Source: Tricharina praecox
Taxonomy: Eukaryota
Assembly (NCBI RefSeq): GCF_024521635.1
Contig: NW_026250424.1
Coordinates: 434,001-498,000 of the forward strand
Reading direction: 5' to 3'
Length of the DNA: 64,000 bases
Each line of letters opens with the position of its first letter. Positions within the stretch are counted from its first letter, which is position 1. The position numbers and the translations under genes are program-made. Shown here one piece after another: positions 61,501 to 64,000 of this stretch. The notes under the pieces are model-generated. The model saw only the letters and a program-made list of their open reading frames with translations. It was not told the DNA's origin and made no database searches.

Positions 61501-64000
61501 GAGAGCGATGTTGTGCGTGTGAGGGAGCACAACCCACATTATAATTCTCAGATGGCGGTACGGCGTATGGCGCATCCCACGAGACGGGATCATGAATCAT
61601 GAATGCGCATGCAGACATGCCGACATCCAGACATCCAGACATCCAGAGGAACCGGGGGGCCGATCGGGCGCGATCAGGCTGCTGGATGGATGGGTTTGTT
61701 TGCTGCAAGGTCTGCAGGTTTGCATGGAGGATATACCAAGTGCCGACTGAATACGGTAGATAATAACTACCACCAGATACCTACTCTACTCCTCTGCGCT
61801 CAACAGCAAATACGATGGGCAACTAGGTACTACCTGGTATACCCTACCTGACCACCGGCGAATACCGCTGTCCGGTACGGAATCTTCAATCGCCGCTGCT
61901 CTCGCACAAGACAAGGAGTGGCATATACCGTACGTACGGATTCTACGTACGGAGCCTCCGCGACTGAAAGCTGAAACCGTGAGCACTAGGTGCGTGCACC
62001 GCCGCCTCCCACGGAAGCAGTTATGTACATACTAGGTAGCAACGCGTGGCTTGCACCTAACTAATTGTATGCCTCTTTACCCACTCGCCCCATCTACATA
62101 TTATATGCACCCCGTGCGCCGATATTATGGCTGGAATGTAGTTATGTATGTATCTGCGGCTATGTACTTGGGTAGCATACGTATTCCTAGTAGACATGAG
62201 ACCCCCCCAGCGTGTTTTGATTGTTTCACGCTGTCGACGGATGGTGGATGGCGGGGGGGATCGACTAGTGGATAAGTAGAGTACATAGGACCACGTGGGG
62301 AAGGGAGAGATTTATTGGAGATCGTTACTTTGCGGGTGCCAGGTGGGTATATAGAGTAGGTTTATCGAGGCAGGGTTGGCTACTCGAATAGAGTATCATA
62401 GGCATGTAACTGGAGGCGGAGTGGAGTGGGGTGAAGTGGAGTGGAGTGGAGTGAAGTGGAGTCACTGGAGTGGAGTAGGCATGTAGAGTATGTGTGTATG
62501 TGTGTATGCGTGCGTGCCAAGTGTGTCGGGTGGAGACATCGTCGATATATGTGCATGAGGAATACCGTGACGATGAGTTTGGGTTTGGGCGCGTACGGGT
62601 ATGTACGTGACGTTCAAGCATCCGATCGATCCCTACCACAGGCGAGTGCCATGTCAGGAGTCAGGACTCAGACGGTCCAGTCTACCGGGCGGATATGGCC
62701 GGTTGGAGAACAGCGGCCTACATACGGTACCGGCATATACTCCAGCTGAGTTGCGGCATGCCGGCGGTAATTACCTTCCTACGCCTCACGCCACCCCGAT
62801 GCCCGGGCCGAGAAGGGTTGCCGTGCAGAATAGAGTATCTACAATACCGTACCTACCTGGCAGTCGAACGTTCTCGGCCGCAAACTCCTTGTAAGCAATG
62901 AGCATTGCAGGGTTGCAGTAAAGTACTGTCTATGTAGGCGGTAAGTCGATATTATACCTGCCTACGGCGGTAAGGAAGTAAACACCCTGAAGGAAACTTT
63001 TGCTCATTCCTCAGCAGTCTTCCGTAACTCCTTTTCGTCGACAGGAGATGCAAGTACAATACATACACACGCAGGTACCTTAGGTACCCAGGTACTTGAC
63101 CCCTCCTCAGCAGTCTCCCGCGACTCCTTTCCGTTGACAGGAGTTGGAATTGCCCCGGCACGAGTTTCGGTATGAAGGATGGGATAGGGCGGTTGTTGGT
63201 TAACGTACCGGCACCTATCCTTGTGGGTGCGGGATATCGAAGGAGAAGAAGACTAAGAAGAAGCAAGATGGAATGGGTGGAATAACCAACTTTGCCCGAT
63301 CTATGAAAGGAGCCCGTGATGCTCTCCAACCCGTCCAACTCTCCAACCCGTTCAGCTGGTTCAGCTCATTCAGCTGAATTCTACTCTCCTCCGAGCTCGT
63401 GTGGTTTGCTCGTGCTCGATCGTGAAGTCGCTCAGTCGCTCGGTTCGTCGGGAAAAATCGCTCACGACGCTGCCTGCCTGCCTACTTGCATACATCCCTC
63501 ATGCATTACATACTCTACACAGGCACGACCACACGATAACTACATACATACACTTTAACCAACCTACATGCGGCCCCGGTCCTGACATATGGACCTGGTG
63601 GAACTGGTGGAACTGTCAACGTCACCATGCTGCTGCCACTGGCGATGCTCATTGCGTTGCTGGGAGTTTGATTCGATCCCACGCTCGGCTTAGCTGCGTT
63701 ACATAGCAGGTAGTACTGCCGCCAGTCAAGTGCCTCCACAGATGCATGTCATCCTACCTATGTATGAGGGATCTTGCAAAGGGGGAGGAAAGGGGGAAGT
63801 GGTAAAGGGGGCGGATCTGTAGAGTATGCAGAGTAGAGTAGGATTGGATACCGGTTGACGGTAGAGTAGGTAGCTCTGGCTGTGTGTGGGTTGTGTAGGA
63901 TTCCTCACGGGAGCCCCATCATCCGTAGTCTATATACAGACATGTTGTTGTGTTCTTATTGTTAAGGAAGGAAGTTGATGTCGTTTAATTAAGCGTTGGA

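Noticed and set aside
60564..61532. 322-aa ORF on the minus strand
   Set aside because: Composed of microsatellite translations (poly-W, MDGW) with no domain; non-ATG start.

Overview
Eukaryotic DNA: a gene-dense, intron-rich region of a filamentous ascomycete genome. Evidence is short GT-AG introns with CTRAC branch points and Pezizomycotina-like proteins; Pezizomycetes is a low-confidence guess. About 25 protein-coding genes could be reconstructed by hand. In order: KRE33/NAT10 (3' end), BCKDH E1-beta, NDUFAF7-like methyltransferase, TFB1, a DUF3807 protein, G6PD, Ctr2, BNA1, an RnpA-like protein with a 15-aa repeat tail, RPL33, Dsc4-like, RFC2, THR1, Sut1-like sugar permease, RAX2, OGG1, Spartan-like protease, Scm3-domain protein, a 73-aa orphan, SmG, NTR2, an RNase H1-like protein lacking its catalytic Asp residues, and an F-box protein. 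Mobile or decayed DNA comprises a Tourist/PIF-Harbinger-like MITE, a deleted hAT element with TIRs and an 8-bp TSD, and an HET-E-type WD40 relic. From 57 to 64 kb the window is gene-poor and microsatellite-rich. The most interesting candidates are the bacterial-type RNase P protein (RnpA)-like gene and the probably mitochondrial pseudo-RNase H. All identifications come from motif recognition by eye; no database searches were run.
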